A stretch of 64,000 nucleotides of DNA from a virus (Duplodnaviria > Caudoviricetes). How positions within the stretch are numbered: the stretch's first letter is position 1; the number at the start of each line of letters is the position of its first letter. Positions 53,375 to 62,144 of the stretch are shown here, piece by piece. The stretch is from positions 852 to 64,851 of IMG/VR virus record IMGVR_UViG_3300046689_000570. One strand, written 5' to 3'. Under the pieces are notes generated by a model. The model had not been told where the DNA came from. It ran no database searches and saw only the letters and a list, made by a program, of their open reading frames with translations. The position numbers and the translations under genes were made by a program.

Positions 53375-53590
53375 ATGGAAGCCAACCAGGGCTACTGCGT
53401 GAAGTGCCGCAAGCCGCAAGAGATGCGAGACACCTCGCTGACCTGGGCCAACCCTCGGCAGATTAGCGCCGCTCGACGGGGACGGTGCGCTACCTGCGGT
53501 ACAGGTATGTTCAAGATCCTGCCCAAAGTGGAGCAGGAAGAGGCCAAGGCAGAGCTTCGGCGCCAAGAGCAGTCCCCCATCGCCAGCTAA
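53375..53590 (+). CDS. DUF5679-like zinc-ribbon protein
   Basis: YCVKCR...EM...G.C..CGT.MFKIL. Confidence 0.75.
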   Translation: MEANQGYCVKCRKPQEMRDTSLTWANPRQISAARRGRCATCGTGMFKILPKVEQEEAKAELRRQEQSPIAS

Positions 53591-53619
53591 GAGGCTCGTC
53601 TGCGCCTTGATAGCGGACC

Positions 53620-53660
53620 CCCCTGTGCGTGTGAGTTCCCGGCTTGCACGCACAGGGGTT
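53620..53660 (+). terminator. 16-bp stem-loop upstream of the dCTP deaminase gene
   Basis: CCCCTGTGCGTGTGAG-N7-CTTGCACGCACAGGGG followed by TTCT. Confidence 0.55.
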
Positions 53661-53676
53661 CTCCTGAGGAGGTAGC

Positions 53677-54198
53677 TTGATTCTCTCCGACGAGAGCATT
53701 CGTCAGCGCACCTGGAGGTGGCCCTCCGAAGGCAAACCCGCCCCTCTGGTAGAGCGGGCACAGTGGAGCAATGTGCAGCCCGCGAGCCTAGACCTGCAAC
53801 TGGGCTTCGAGTTCCAGCGGACGTGGTGGCCATTCGGCCGCAAGTGGCGCACGTCAGCTAATTACAGCGGTCATGGATTCTGGATGTGGCCCAAAGAATT
53901 TATGCTGGGCCATAGCTGGGAGATCCTGAACCTGCCTGCGGACATCGGCGCCCTGTGCAGCGGCACCAGCACCAACGGGCGTAAGGGGCTGATGATCGAG
54001 AATGCGGGCTGGGTGGATCCTGGCTTCTGTGGTCAGCTTACGTTCGAGCTGTACAACCAGCGGTGGTTCCCCCTCTGGATAGACCCTGGCCAGATCATTG
54101 CACAGCTCATTTTCTTCCAGACCGACCGCCCCTCTGAGCACCCTTACGGAGAGCGGGGCCGCTACCAGAATCAGATGGGAGCAGTGGTTGCCCGATAG
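53677..54198 (+). CDS. dcd: dCTP deaminase
   Basis: MILSD, VQPASLDLQLG, ST.GR.GL, AGWVDPGF.GQLTFEL, I.QLIF, YQNQ. Confidence 0.9.
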   Translation: MILSDESIRQRTWRWPSEGKPAPLVERAQWSNVQPASLDLQLGFEFQRTWWPFGRKWRTSANYSGHGFWMWPKEFMLGHSWEILNLPADIGALCSGTSTNGRKGLMIENAGWVDPGFCGQLTFELYNQRWFPLWIDPGQIIAQLIFFQTDRPSEHPYGERGRYQNQMGAVVAR

Positions 54199-54266
54199 AG
54201 AAGAGAGAACGTGACGTGAGCATCGTGATGGTTTTCTTCTTCGCAGCAAAGTGGTGGGACAGGTAA

Positions 54267-54707
54267 ATGACCGAGACCAACGAGCCCCGCGAGGGGCGTG
54301 ACGAGCGGCTGCTGAGCGCGGAGGATCTCCAGGGCTTCCATGAGGATCTCTCCGTAAGCATCTTTACCAATGAGGACATTGCACTCCTGCTCGATCACAT
54401 CGACGCCCTGACCGAGCAGCTTGCCGCCGCCGAGGGCCGGGCCGTGCTCGGTACGATCTGGCGGGCTCGGGTGCGGGCCGCACTGCACGAGTTGAATACC
54501 TGTCGGCATGACGGCTGGTGTCATCATCGCTATGAGGCTCGGCATATTTTGGCGGGTGAGCGCGATGCAGACATCCTGCCCAGTCTGACACCGCCGGCCG
54601 CGCCCGCGCCCGAGGAAGCCCACTCGCTGCGGGCGCGGCCCACCGGCTGGAGCAGCGTGTGGCACGACCGCCATGTGCAGCGCGCAGAGGGGGAGGAGAA
54701 AGCGTGA
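54267..54707 (+). CDS. Hypothetical protein
   Basis: 146 aa; coupled to the thyX start. Confidence 0.5.
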   Translation: MTETNEPREGRDERLLSAEDLQGFHEDLSVSIFTNEDIALLLDHIDALTEQLAAAEGRAVLGTIWRARVRAALHELNTCRHDGWCHHRYEARHILAGERDADILPSLTPPAAPAPEEAHSLRARPTGWSSVWHDRHVQRAEGEEKA

Positions 54708-55522
54708 GCTACTCAGTCAAGGTCCTCGCTGATAGCGTGGCGCCCAATGGCAAGAGGCTCACCACGTTCGAGTGCACCTACCCGCGCTTCGTGCACAGCG
54801 AGCTGCTGACGCACCGCATGCTCAGCCGCAACAGCGCGTCGAGCCGCGCGATTCCGGTTGCCCGAATGATTGAGCAGGTCGAGGTAGACCCCGTGCTCCC
54901 TGTGTGGTGGGGGAAGAACCAGGCGGGCATGCAAGCGAAAGAGGAGCTGAGCTGGGACGAGCAGGCCCAGGCGGGGCAGGCTTGGCTAGAGGCTCGTAAC
55001 GTCGCCCTTCATGCTGCGAGACGGCTCATGGAGATAGGCGTTCACAAGCAGGTCGTGAACCGCATGCTAGAGCCCTGGATGTGGATCACGACGATCATCT
55101 CGGCTACTGAGTGGGAGAACTTCTTCCGTCTCCGCTGTGCGCCCGACGCCCAGCCAGAGCTGCAGAAGCTGGCCCTCATGATGCGTGCGGCTATGGAAGC
55201 GGGCGTGCCCGAAGAAATCGGACCATTCGGGTGGCACCTCCCGCTTATCCGAGAGGAGGACCTGCGGGAGTGGAGGTCGTTCAACCTACCCACTCAGGAT
55301 CTCGTCAAAGTGTCCATTGGCCGCTGTGCGCGGGTCAGCTACCTCACCCACGACGGAAAGCGGGACCTGTCGGCGGACGTAGCCCTGTGCGATCGGCTGA
55401 AGCAGGACGGCCACTGGTCACCATTCGAGCACGCCGCCCGCCCCTTGAAGGATCCTCTAGAAAGTAGCGGCAACTTCTACGGTTGGCAGCAGTACCGCAG
55501 TCTGGTGGAGCTAGGTGACTAG
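54704..55522 (+). CDS. thyX: FAD-dependent thymidylate synthase (phage Thy1/ThyX type)
   Basis: HSELLTHRMLSRNSASSRAIP, HKQVVNR.LEP, F.LR....AQPE, RCARVSY, GHWSPFEH. Confidence 0.9.
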   Translation: MSYSVKVLADSVAPNGKRLTTFECTYPRFVHSELLTHRMLSRNSASSRAIPVARMIEQVEVDPVLPVWWGKNQAGMQAKEELSWDEQAQAGQAWLEARNVALHAARRLMEIGVHKQVVNRMLEPWMWITTIISATEWENFFRLRCAPDAQPELQKLALMMRAAMEAGVPEEIGPFGWHLPLIREEDLREWRSFNLPTQDLVKVSIGRCARVSYLTHDGKRDLSADVALCDRLKQDGHWSPFEHAARPLKDPLESSGNFYGWQQYRSLVELGD

Positions 55523-55523
55523 G

Positions 55524-55922
55524 ATGTCGTACTGGTTCTACTTCAACGACGGACCCTACGCTGGCCGCTACCCATTTGATGCGTGGGATCTACCTCTGGA
55601 GCTAGGCGGGAACCCCCCTCCCGCGTTCGTCTCCGATCTCCACTTCGGACTGTACGCGAATACGGGAGAGGAGACGTGGAACGACCGAGCGAGGGTGTCG
55701 CACATCTACCACTGGATCGGCTACTCGGATCTGGAGGCGATGCGCGGCACGCCGGCTGCGAACTATTACGCGAGCCTGGCCCTGCAGGCGGTGCCCTTCC
55801 CGCAGGAGCTGGCCTCAGGAACCGACCGGGTTGCGGAACGTCGAGACGTCGACCCCAATCCCCGCGATGTTCGTAGTCCCGCGGTACTGCTTGGCCTGCA
55901 GCCGCGTAATCCCACCAAATGA
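55524..55922 (+). CDS. Hypothetical protein; the 3' end overlaps the endolysin gene convergently
   Basis: ATG just after the thyX stop; F.DGPYAG motif. Confidence 0.45.
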   Translation: MSYWFYFNDGPYAGRYPFDAWDLPLELGGNPPPAFVSDLHFGLYANTGEETWNDRARVSHIYHWIGYSDLEAMRGTPAANYYASLALQAVPFPQELASGTDRVAERRDVDPNPRDVRSPAVLLGLQPRNPTK

Positions 55923-56627
55923 GATGAACGTCTCGATGTCGGGATTCCCATCGTAGTCTGCACTCCACCAGATATCGTCGGCCCAGACCTGACTCTTCCC
56001 CGTCGCGGGATCCCACCACCACAGCCCAGAATACTTGCCACTGGGATAGCCCTGACAGGCGTCATCGCAGGCGAAGATAAGCTGCTCTACCCGACTGGGC
56101 GGGTAGATGGCGCGGTTAGGGATCCCCGACTCCCCGTTGCCGTCATCCTCCCAATCCTGGTAGCAGCGAGCGATTCCGTAGGGCAGGCCCACGTCGATGG
56201 ACTGCCGCATGCGGCCCGGCACGTCGCCCCCTAAGTGCAGGTAGGCGTAGGTCTCGACGTCGAACCCCTCCCCCTGTGCGATCTCGATGTTCGAGCGGGT
56301 GAGCGCGAGGTTCGCGTACCACATGCCGATGATCGCCTTGGTGAACCCCTGTGCCCGTAGCCCCTGCGCCGACGCCACCGTCAGCCGCTGGGGCCCGATG
56401 TCGAAGGCGGTGACTAAGGCAGGCTCCGCAGGTGGAGGCTCCTCTCCATTGTCCTCCACGGGCACGTAGATGGGAATAGCGCCCGCTTCGCCACGAATCT
56501 CCACCATGAGGTGGGTCGCGGTCCAGGCCAGGCGCGCGAGTGACCCCGCCTTCACCGGATCCGGCGGTTCTCCCCACAGGGGTCCGACTTCAGGGTGCTT
56601 CTCGATGTACTGCTCGATATTCGTCAT
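55815..56627 (-). CDS. Endolysin, GH25-like muramidase
   Basis: AFDI (catalytic D), YAYL, DWED (DxE), W.ADY, KQY.G...VD.S; next to holin-like genes. Confidence 0.75.
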   Translation of the reverse strand: MTNIEQYIEKHPEVGPLWGEPPDPVKAGSLARLAWTATHLMVEIRGEAGAIPIYVPVEDNGEEPPPAEPALVTAFDIGPQRLTVASAQGLRAQGFTKAIIGMWYANLALTRSNIEIAQGEGFDVETYAYLHLGGDVPGRMRQSIDVGLPYGIARCYQDWEDDGNGESGIPNRAIYPPSRVEQLIFACDDACQGYPSGKYSGLWWWDPATGKSQVWADDIWWSADYDGNPDIETFISFGGITRLQAKQYRGTTNIAGIGVDVSTFRNPVGS

Positions 56628-56974
56628 GTTCCTGGCACCAACCTTCCTGTGTCCACGCGCCACTTCTCGAAGTTGAGCTGCCGCTGCTCAGTAGTGATTT
56701 CGGGATTGCACAGGAGGTAGCGTCGCCGCACCTCAAAGAGCTGTGCGACCTCCTCCTCGGTGACCTCGGCCTGTACGAACAGTGCGGCCATCACGTCCGG
56801 CATTGGCCGAATCACTGAGCGATCTTGATCTCGGAGAAGAGGAACGACAGACTCAGGAGCAGCAGTCCCAATGAAATAAGGTTGCCCCTCGGTGGGCTCC
56901 ACCACGTCGCGATGGCGAAGACGATCACTGCCGCGATGAGAAAGAAGATCGAAAGGGTAAGTGTCACAGGTCAC
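56624..56974 (-). CDS. Hypothetical protein in the lysis cassette
   Basis: 116 aa; coupled to both neighbours. Confidence 0.55.
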   Translation of the reverse strand: MTCDTYPFDLLSHRGSDRLRHRDVVEPTEGQPYFIGTAAPESVVPLLRDQDRSVIRPMPDVMAALFVQAEVTEEEVAQLFEVRRRYLLCNPEITTEQRQLNFEKWRVDTGRLVPGT

Positions 56975-57198
56975 TTTCTCCTATTCACTGCGGTCTGATC
57001 GGCTGGCGGAGTCTGTACTGCACCACGGAAGAACCAGCTCCCTGCGGTGCTGAGTAGCCCGATCAGCGCCCCGATAGCAGTGGGGTCTCGCTGTACGATA
57101 GCAATATAACCGACCGCGCACACCGCGATGACGGCGATCCCGGCTGCCACATAAGTACGGAGCCGCTCAGGGCTCACTCCCCCCTGCCGTAAGGGCAA
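56971..57198 (-). CDS. Holin-like protein (2 TM)
   Basis: Two hydrophobic helices, SWFF motif, basic C-terminus; near the endolysin. Confidence 0.65.
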   Translation of the reverse strand: MPLRQGGVSPERLRTYVAAGIAVIAVCAVGYIAIVQRDPTAIGALIGLLSTAGSWFFRGAVQTPPADQTAVNRRK

Positions 57199-57422
57199 GT
57201 CACGCCGTCGAGAGTTACGACTGCGGCCGGGTAGCGATCAGTCGAGGCGAGATACCCCAGTCGGTAGCAGTGTAAGCTGGCGGGGTCTACCGCTACGTCG
57301 TCGCCTCCCACCACTACGCGCACTTCTGGAGGAGGAGGCACAGGGCGTAGGCTCCAGCCCGCCAGGCCCAGTACCCCCAGGGTAAGTAAGGTCAGCCAGA
57401 TCAGGGTTACTGCTCGCAGCAT
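57174..57422 (-). CDS. Single-TM membrane protein
   Basis: N-terminal hydrophobic helix, Pro linker, two Cys. Confidence 0.55.
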   Translation of the reverse strand: MLRAVTLIWLTLLTLGVLGLAGWSLRPVPPPPEVRVVVGGDDVAVDPASLHCYRLGYLASTDRYPAAVVTLDGVTCPYGRGE

Positions 57423-57432
57423 CCGGTCATCC

Positions 57433-57717
57433 TTAGTGGGGGGATAGAGGCGAGGAGTCGGACGTTCGGGCCCGCTCTCGGGCGGCTCCCTCCGCTACCG
57501 CTTCAGTATGGAGCGCCGCCGCGGTTAAGGATCGTTCGTGCTCTTCCGAAACCCCCTGTGCATGCGCCAGATTGCGGGTGCTGATGATCAGCTCATCCTT
57601 CATGGAGTTGGTCTGGCGGTGGAGACTGTCGAGCTTGGTGTAGAGCGCGACAAAGCCGGCCAGCATGACAATCATGAGGGGGGTAAGCGCCACGATAATC
57701 CTCAACACGTCGTCCAT
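57433..57717 (-). CDS. Single-TM membrane protein
   Basis: GGAGG RBS; N-terminal TM then H.QTNS coiled coil. Confidence 0.6.
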   Translation of the reverse strand: MDDVLRIIVALTPLMIVMLAGFVALYTKLDSLHRQTNSMKDELIISTRNLAHAQGVSEEHERSLTAAALHTEAVAEGAARERARTSDSSPLSPH

Positions 57718-57735
57718 CTCAGCACCTCCACTCTC

Positions 57736-58170
57736 TTACCCACTGTAGATCCGTTGCTGAGCATTCAGCCAGTCCAGGTGGCGGCGGATAAGGATGCCCG
57801 CGAACTCCTCGTAAACCACCGCGAAGATCACCGCCAGTTCTAAGAGCCAGAAGACGAACCCCAGAACCGCCACGGTCGGGGGAAGATTCGGGGCGGGGGG
57901 CTCTAACATCCCCCACGCACCGGCGAAGAAGATGACTTCCAGGACGACGCCCAGCATCCCATTGCGAATCAGGATCGAGCGGTTGGCCAGCAGGCGGGTG
58001 TAGTCGTCGATCCCCTGGTGGATGAAGCGGCTCTTCTGCTGGCTGCGTCGAATGGAGAAGAAGCAGGCGACACCTCCCGCCAGGGCGCCCAGCGTCCACA
58101 GTAGCTCCATGAGCGAGACCGTCCCCCAGGAGATTCTAAACAGCGCGATCAGCAGATCGTTCATCGTCAT
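57736..58170 (-). CDS. Three-TM membrane protein (holin-like candidate)
   Basis: Three hydrophobic segments; Met-Thr-Met start. Confidence 0.6.
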   Translation of the reverse strand: MTMNDLLIALFRISWGTVSLMELLWTLGALAGGVACFFSIRRSQQKSRFIHQGIDDYTRLLANRSILIRNGMLGVVLEVIFFAGAWGMLEPPAPNLPPTVAVLGFVFWLLELAVIFAVVYEEFAGILIRRHLDWLNAQQRIYSG

Positions 58171-58342
58171 CCTGCTCGTAGGGTGAGATTGCATCTACGT
58201 AAACGTCCAGCTCGGCGAGTTGTCGCTCGACCCTCTGCCGACGACGCTCGGCCCGGAGCGCACGAGCGTCCGGCGTCCAGCGGGGCTCTGGAGTAGGGAT
58301 CCTATCCAGCCAACTGAACATCAGCTCCTGTAGCTTGCGCAT
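58136..58342 (-). CDS. Small hypothetical protein
   Basis: ATG at 58342 with GAGG RBS; fills the operon gap. Confidence 0.45.
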   Translation of the reverse strand: MRKLQELMFSWLDRIPTPEPRWTPDARALRAERRRQRVERQLAELDVYVDAISPYEQDDDERSADRAV

Positions 58343-58346
58343 AGGA

Positions 58347-58640
58347 TTATCCTCGATGACTCCGCTCCAGTCGGAGGGCGCCCGCCGCCGCCTCAGTAGA
58401 CTGAAGGTTCCGCTCACTTGACGATCTCCAGTATTCGATTTCCCTGTCCTTGCTTGCACATTGGCCTAGCATATCAGCCAGGCGAGCTTCTACCGCACTT
58501 TGATAGGCTTTGAACATAATGCCGAGGCTACCCGTTACGGCCATGAGTAGCGCGGTCACCACCGCGAGCGCCTGATTCGAGAAGCAGACGTCGCCTGCGG
58601 TCGGCTGTACCGCTTGAAATAGGGGCATGAGCAGCGTCAC
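58347..58640 (-). CDS. Single-TM coiled-coil membrane protein
   Basis: ALAVVTALLMAVTGSLGIMF TM followed by a coiled coil. Confidence 0.6.
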   Translation of the reverse strand: MTLLMPLFQAVQPTAGDVCFSNQALAVVTALLMAVTGSLGIMFKAYQSAVEARLADMLGQCASKDREIEYWRSSSERNLQSTEAAAGALRLERSHRG

Positions 58641-59017
58641 GCCGCTCCTGCACCAGACACGCTCTTGTTCAGTCGGAAGCGCCCCTTCATCGCAGTCGCC
58701 ACTTCTCCACTCAAGACGACCTCTAGCTCGTGGTAGAAGTCCTGGCGGTAGCCGCCAGAGACCTTTGAGTCGATGGTGTCCGCACTATCAATCGAGATGT
58801 ACACGATCCCGGTCGCGAAGTTCGTATTCGAAATACCCGCTCCCACCGTCTTAGGGGTGAACAGCAGCGTCCCTCCTGGTTTGTCCCGCACGGAGTAGGT
58901 GGCGGTGGCGCCGGTGAGATCCTTAGGCGTGGTCCCGGTGTGCGTGGTGTAGACCGTCACGCTCAGGTCGCGGTCGTCCCCGGTGTGCATCTCGACATTC
59001 TGGGCGGTCCTGGTCAC
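58637..59017 (-). CDS. BppU N-terminal-like tail protein
   Basis: GTGA-coupled start at 59017; GDD..L.V......DLTGAT......G.V.I....DT......YHELEV.......G.F pattern. Confidence 0.7.
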   Translation of the reverse strand: MTRTAQNVEMHTGDDRDLSVTVYTTHTGTTPKDLTGATATYSVRDKPGGTLLFTPKTVGAGISNTNFATGIVYISIDSADTIDSKVSGGYRQDFYHELEVVLSGEVATAMKGRFRLNKSVSGAGAA

Positions 59018-59883
59018 CTCACATCCCCCTTGAGAGTATCGACGAGCACGTAGTCGCCCTTCAGGTAGGATATTACCGGGATGACCTCTCCGAAGAAAGA
59101 GGCGTCGATCATTCGAGCGGAGGCAGCCATCACCGCCGCAGTGATCGCACTCCCTGTATTGAAGGCCGCGTTCGGCATGAGCGCCGAAGCCGTCATCACC
59201 GCCGCAGTGATTGCCGCTCCCGTTGCCGCAGCCTTGATCTCGATGGCGATGCCAAAAGCCGTGGAAGCGCCGCCGCCAGTGGACCAATCGACGGTCGTAT
59301 CATTCGCCCCGTAATACTCGGTGCACATCTGGAGGGCTTCGGCGCCGGCCGAGTTATCATCAATCTTGGTGAAGTTCGTGCCAGCAGTGATGGTCTGCCC
59401 TTGACTGTTCAGGCACATGACGCCGTAACAGCCGTTACCAGCATTGCCGAAGGCCGCCAGCGTCACCGTGAAGGTTACAGGTGTGCTAGTCGTAAGGTTA
59501 TCAGTGGACTGCACGATGGCCCCGGAGCCGTTGGTGCCGCTAGTATCGACATCGCTGCCCCACTGTGCCACCGAATAACAGGCTCGGAGTTGGAGCGCCC
59601 CGCCAAAGTCAATCGTCAATGCGCCGGAGCTGGGGCTGCTCCCCATCGCTCTCAATACCGTTACCCGCCGCAGATTGTCGGTAGAGGGAAAGGTATGAAC
59701 TTGCACCCAGGTCAACCCCGCACCAGTTACCGTAGGGATCGCCCCCAGTACGCCATTCCCCTGAGAGGAAACCGCGATCAGGCAGAGCCGATTCGCGGCG
59801 GGCGAGATCGAGTTGGTAACGTAGGACGAAGCGTTGGCGCTGAGTCCGCCGGAGTCGAGAGAGGTGGGCGCCGTGAGGGTCAT
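59014..59883 (-). CDS. Tail fibre/receptor-binding-like protein B
   Basis: 289 aa, beta-rich and Thr/Ser/Gly-rich; C-terminal cassette shared with the upstream gene. Confidence 0.6.
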   Translation of the reverse strand: MTLTAPTSLDSGGLSANASSYVTNSISPAANRLCLIAVSSQGNGVLGAIPTVTGAGLTWVQVHTFPSTDNLRRVTVLRAMGSSPSSGALTIDFGGALQLRACYSVAQWGSDVDTSGTNGSGAIVQSTDNLTTSTPVTFTVTLAAFGNAGNGCYGVMCLNSQGQTITAGTNFTKIDDNSAGAEALQMCTEYYGANDTTVDWSTGGGASTAFGIAIEIKAAATGAAITAAVMTASALMPNAAFNTGSAITAAVMAASARMIDASFFGEVIPVISYLKGDYVLVDTLKGDVR

Positions 59884-61238
59884 TAGGCCCAGTCTCCCTC
59901 TAGCTCGTCGACGAGCACGTAGTCGCCCTCTAAGTCAGTCAGGAAGGGGACGATCCCGCCCATAAAAACCGCGTCGATCATTCGAGCGGTTGCGGTCATT
60001 ACTTCTGCGGTGATCGTAGCATCCGGGTCAGCCGCTTCGAGCAGCACCGCCCAGGTGTGAGCAGACCACGTGGTCGCCCCGCCAGGCAGGGTGGCTACGA
60101 GGTTGATCAGGTCTCCTGCACTTAGAGCGTCAGAGTGCGCGTAGTCGGAAGCAGCAGTGCCGGAGATCGCTCCCACATCCAGGTTCCCATTCGCCCCGTT
60201 TACTCGGGTCCGCATCCCCAGCGTGCCCGCCACCGGAGCAGTCGCCAACGCTACCGCCAGCCCTGTGATCGTGAGGGTATCGGGCATCGGCATCTGCGTA
60301 TTGGCCTCGACGGTGTCCCGTGCACTGGCTCCCCCAGAGTTGCTAGTAATCGTGCGGTACTCCGTAAACGTCCCCTGGTTCACGCAGTCACCGCACCACA
60401 TGTACTGCCGGGTGGTGGACGACTCTAAGACGACAGTGAACGAGTAGAGCCCTTGCGCAGGAGAACTGGTGTCTTGAAACTGGAGACTCAGTACATCGCC
60501 CTTAGCTACTGCGATAGAGAGTCCTGTTGAAGAGGCGTCGGTAGTGCCGCCGCTGAATGTGACCGCGCTGCCCACGTTCGACCCGTTGATGCGCATCTGG
60601 AACGAGGTGCTGCCCCCACCCCCCGGCGCCACCGTGGTGTGGACATAGATCGCTCGAATGTACCCGTCTACCGCCGAGACGGAGCGGTTGTTGGTGACAT
60701 CCCCCATAGAAAAAGTGTTGCCTGAGTTTGAGTGTAGGAGCGGGTTCGTGTAGGGGCGACCTGCCGCGCCGGGGATCGCCACGCCGCAGAAGATCCCTCC
60801 ATAGACCATCTGATCTGCAGTGGTGGGTACGAACTGAATGGCGTGCTGCACGTAGCCGGGGCTGCTGGGCAAGGGACTACCCGCTGGCACGATCCCTACC
60901 GAGAGCAAATCCCCGGCCGTCACCGATACGGCGCCTGTGCCCGTGGCCAGCGTCTGACCCGCCGATACGGTGCAGGTCAGCGCGGTGTTCGTCCCGTTCT
61001 TGCGGAGGGTAAAGGTCCAGCTCTTACCAGAGGCGACCGCGGTGTCGAGCTGAATGCGTAGCTTGCGCAGCTCCCCACTCGCGGCGACCGGGTGCTGAAA
61101 GCTACTCTCCGTCTCCCCGCTGGTGAAGGCATTCCGCTCACCGCCGCCGATCGGAGAAGAGAACTGCGGGTTGCCTGGCGGGCCGAAGAAGAAGTTGAGG
61201 TTGTACTTGGCGAGCCACCACTGGGGAGTCTCCGACAC
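59883..61238 (-). CDS. Tail fibre/receptor-binding-like protein A with three internal repeats
   Basis: 451 aa; repeated T.R.NG...AGD.L.. units; shared C-terminal cassette. Confidence 0.6.
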   Translation of the reverse strand: MSETPQWWLAKYNLNFFFGPPGNPQFSSPIGGGERNAFTSGETESSFQHPVAASGELRKLRIQLDTAVASGKSWTFTLRKNGTNTALTCTVSAGQTLATGTGAVSVTAGDLLSVGIVPAGSPLPSSPGYVQHAIQFVPTTADQMVYGGIFCGVAIPGAAGRPYTNPLLHSNSGNTFSMGDVTNNRSVSAVDGYIRAIYVHTTVAPGGGGSTSFQMRINGSNVGSAVTFSGGTTDASSTGLSIAVAKGDVLSLQFQDTSSPAQGLYSFTVVLESSTTRQYMWCGDCVNQGTFTEYRTITSNSGGASARDTVEANTQMPMPDTLTITGLAVALATAPVAGTLGMRTRVNGANGNLDVGAISGTAASDYAHSDALSAGDLINLVATLPGGATTWSAHTWAVLLEAADPDATITAEVMTATARMIDAVFMGGIVPFLTDLEGDYVLVDELEGDWA

Positions 61239-61241
61239 GCC

Positions 61242-61685
61242 CTACTCCCGGCTCAGGGGCTTGGGCACCAGGATCCCGGGCTTGGGAGCGGGCAGCTCCT
61301 CGCGATCCTCAACGAAGGGCTCGGCGCGACCCGCCTGAGTGAGACGGCCCAGCAGGGCCAGCGCGTTCCCCTTGCAGTAGTCCCGCTTGTTGTCGCCATA
61401 GGGGAATGAGGTCGCAGTGATGTTCCCCAAGTGATCGGGGCCTTCGAGCGTCTCTACGTCATGGCAGATCCAGAACGCGGGATGGCGAGGACCGAGCACC
61501 TCGCCGTCAGGGTCAGGCATGTTGGTGATGATCTTCAAGGCGCCCGGAATCGGGAGCAGCGCCTTGAGCTGATCCATGGCGCGGAGCTGGGCAGGGTGCT
61601 CCAGCGCGGAGGCGATTCGCGCCATCCGCTCTTCATGCTGGCGATCCATATCCGCTCGATCGAACTTCCCAATCTGCGTAGCCAT
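61242..61685 (-). CDS. Hypothetical protein
   Basis: 147 aa; AGGAGG RBS. Confidence 0.6.
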   Translation of the reverse strand: MATQIGKFDRADMDRQHEERMARIASALEHPAQLRAMDQLKALLPIPGALKIITNMPDPDGEVLGPRHPAFWICHDVETLEGPDHLGNITATSFPYGDNKRDYCKGNALALLGRLTQAGRAEPFVEDREELPAPKPGILVPKPLSRE

Positions 61686-61694
61686 GATGTCCTC

Positions 61695-62135
61695 CTAGCC
61701 GACCGTGATCTCAACCAGACCCGCGGCCGCGATGATGATGTCGAAGTTGCCGCCAGTGGTGCTCACATCACCTGTCTCGGCCTGGTAGCCGATCAGTGGC
61801 CTCGTGGAATCTGCACCTGGCGAGGCGTTGTAGAAGATCGCATTCCGGGCCGTGATCGTGCTGGTCGTCCACTGCGGGTCCGCACAGTCGAGGACATGCT
61901 TGTTGGTGGCGCCCGTGTAGGTCACCGTCTTGCTGCCTAGTGCGTTGCCGCCCGCAGTGTAGCCCCCCGTCGCGGCGACCTCATTCGTCACGTCGTCCTT
62001 GTAATCATGGGCGTCCTGGTCCGGGGTATACGACGACGTCGTCAACATCACCTTGATGGTGTCGGTGTCGTAGTCGATCTCTTTGTTCCACAGCGCGGTG
62101 AAGAGCTTGCCGAACAGCTTGCCAGTCGCAGCCAC
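61695..62135 (-). CDS. Conserved minor tail/virion protein
   Basis: IDYDTDTIKVML....YTPD.D.H.Y......EV...GYTAGG..L pattern common in phage tail modules. Confidence 0.75.
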   Translation of the reverse strand: MAATGKLFGKLFTALWNKEIDYDTDTIKVMLTTSSYTPDQDAHDYKDDVTNEVAATGGYTAGGNALGSKTVTYTGATNKHVLDCADPQWTTSTITARNAIFYNASPGADSTRPLIGYQAETGDVSTTGGNFDIIIAAAGLVEITVG

Positions 62136-62144
62136 GTATGCCTC

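Noticed and set aside
59014-60030. Repeated C-terminal cassette as a diversity-generating retroelement TR/VR pair
   Set aside because: No reverse transcriptase in the window, both copies are coding, and the differences are not adenine-specific
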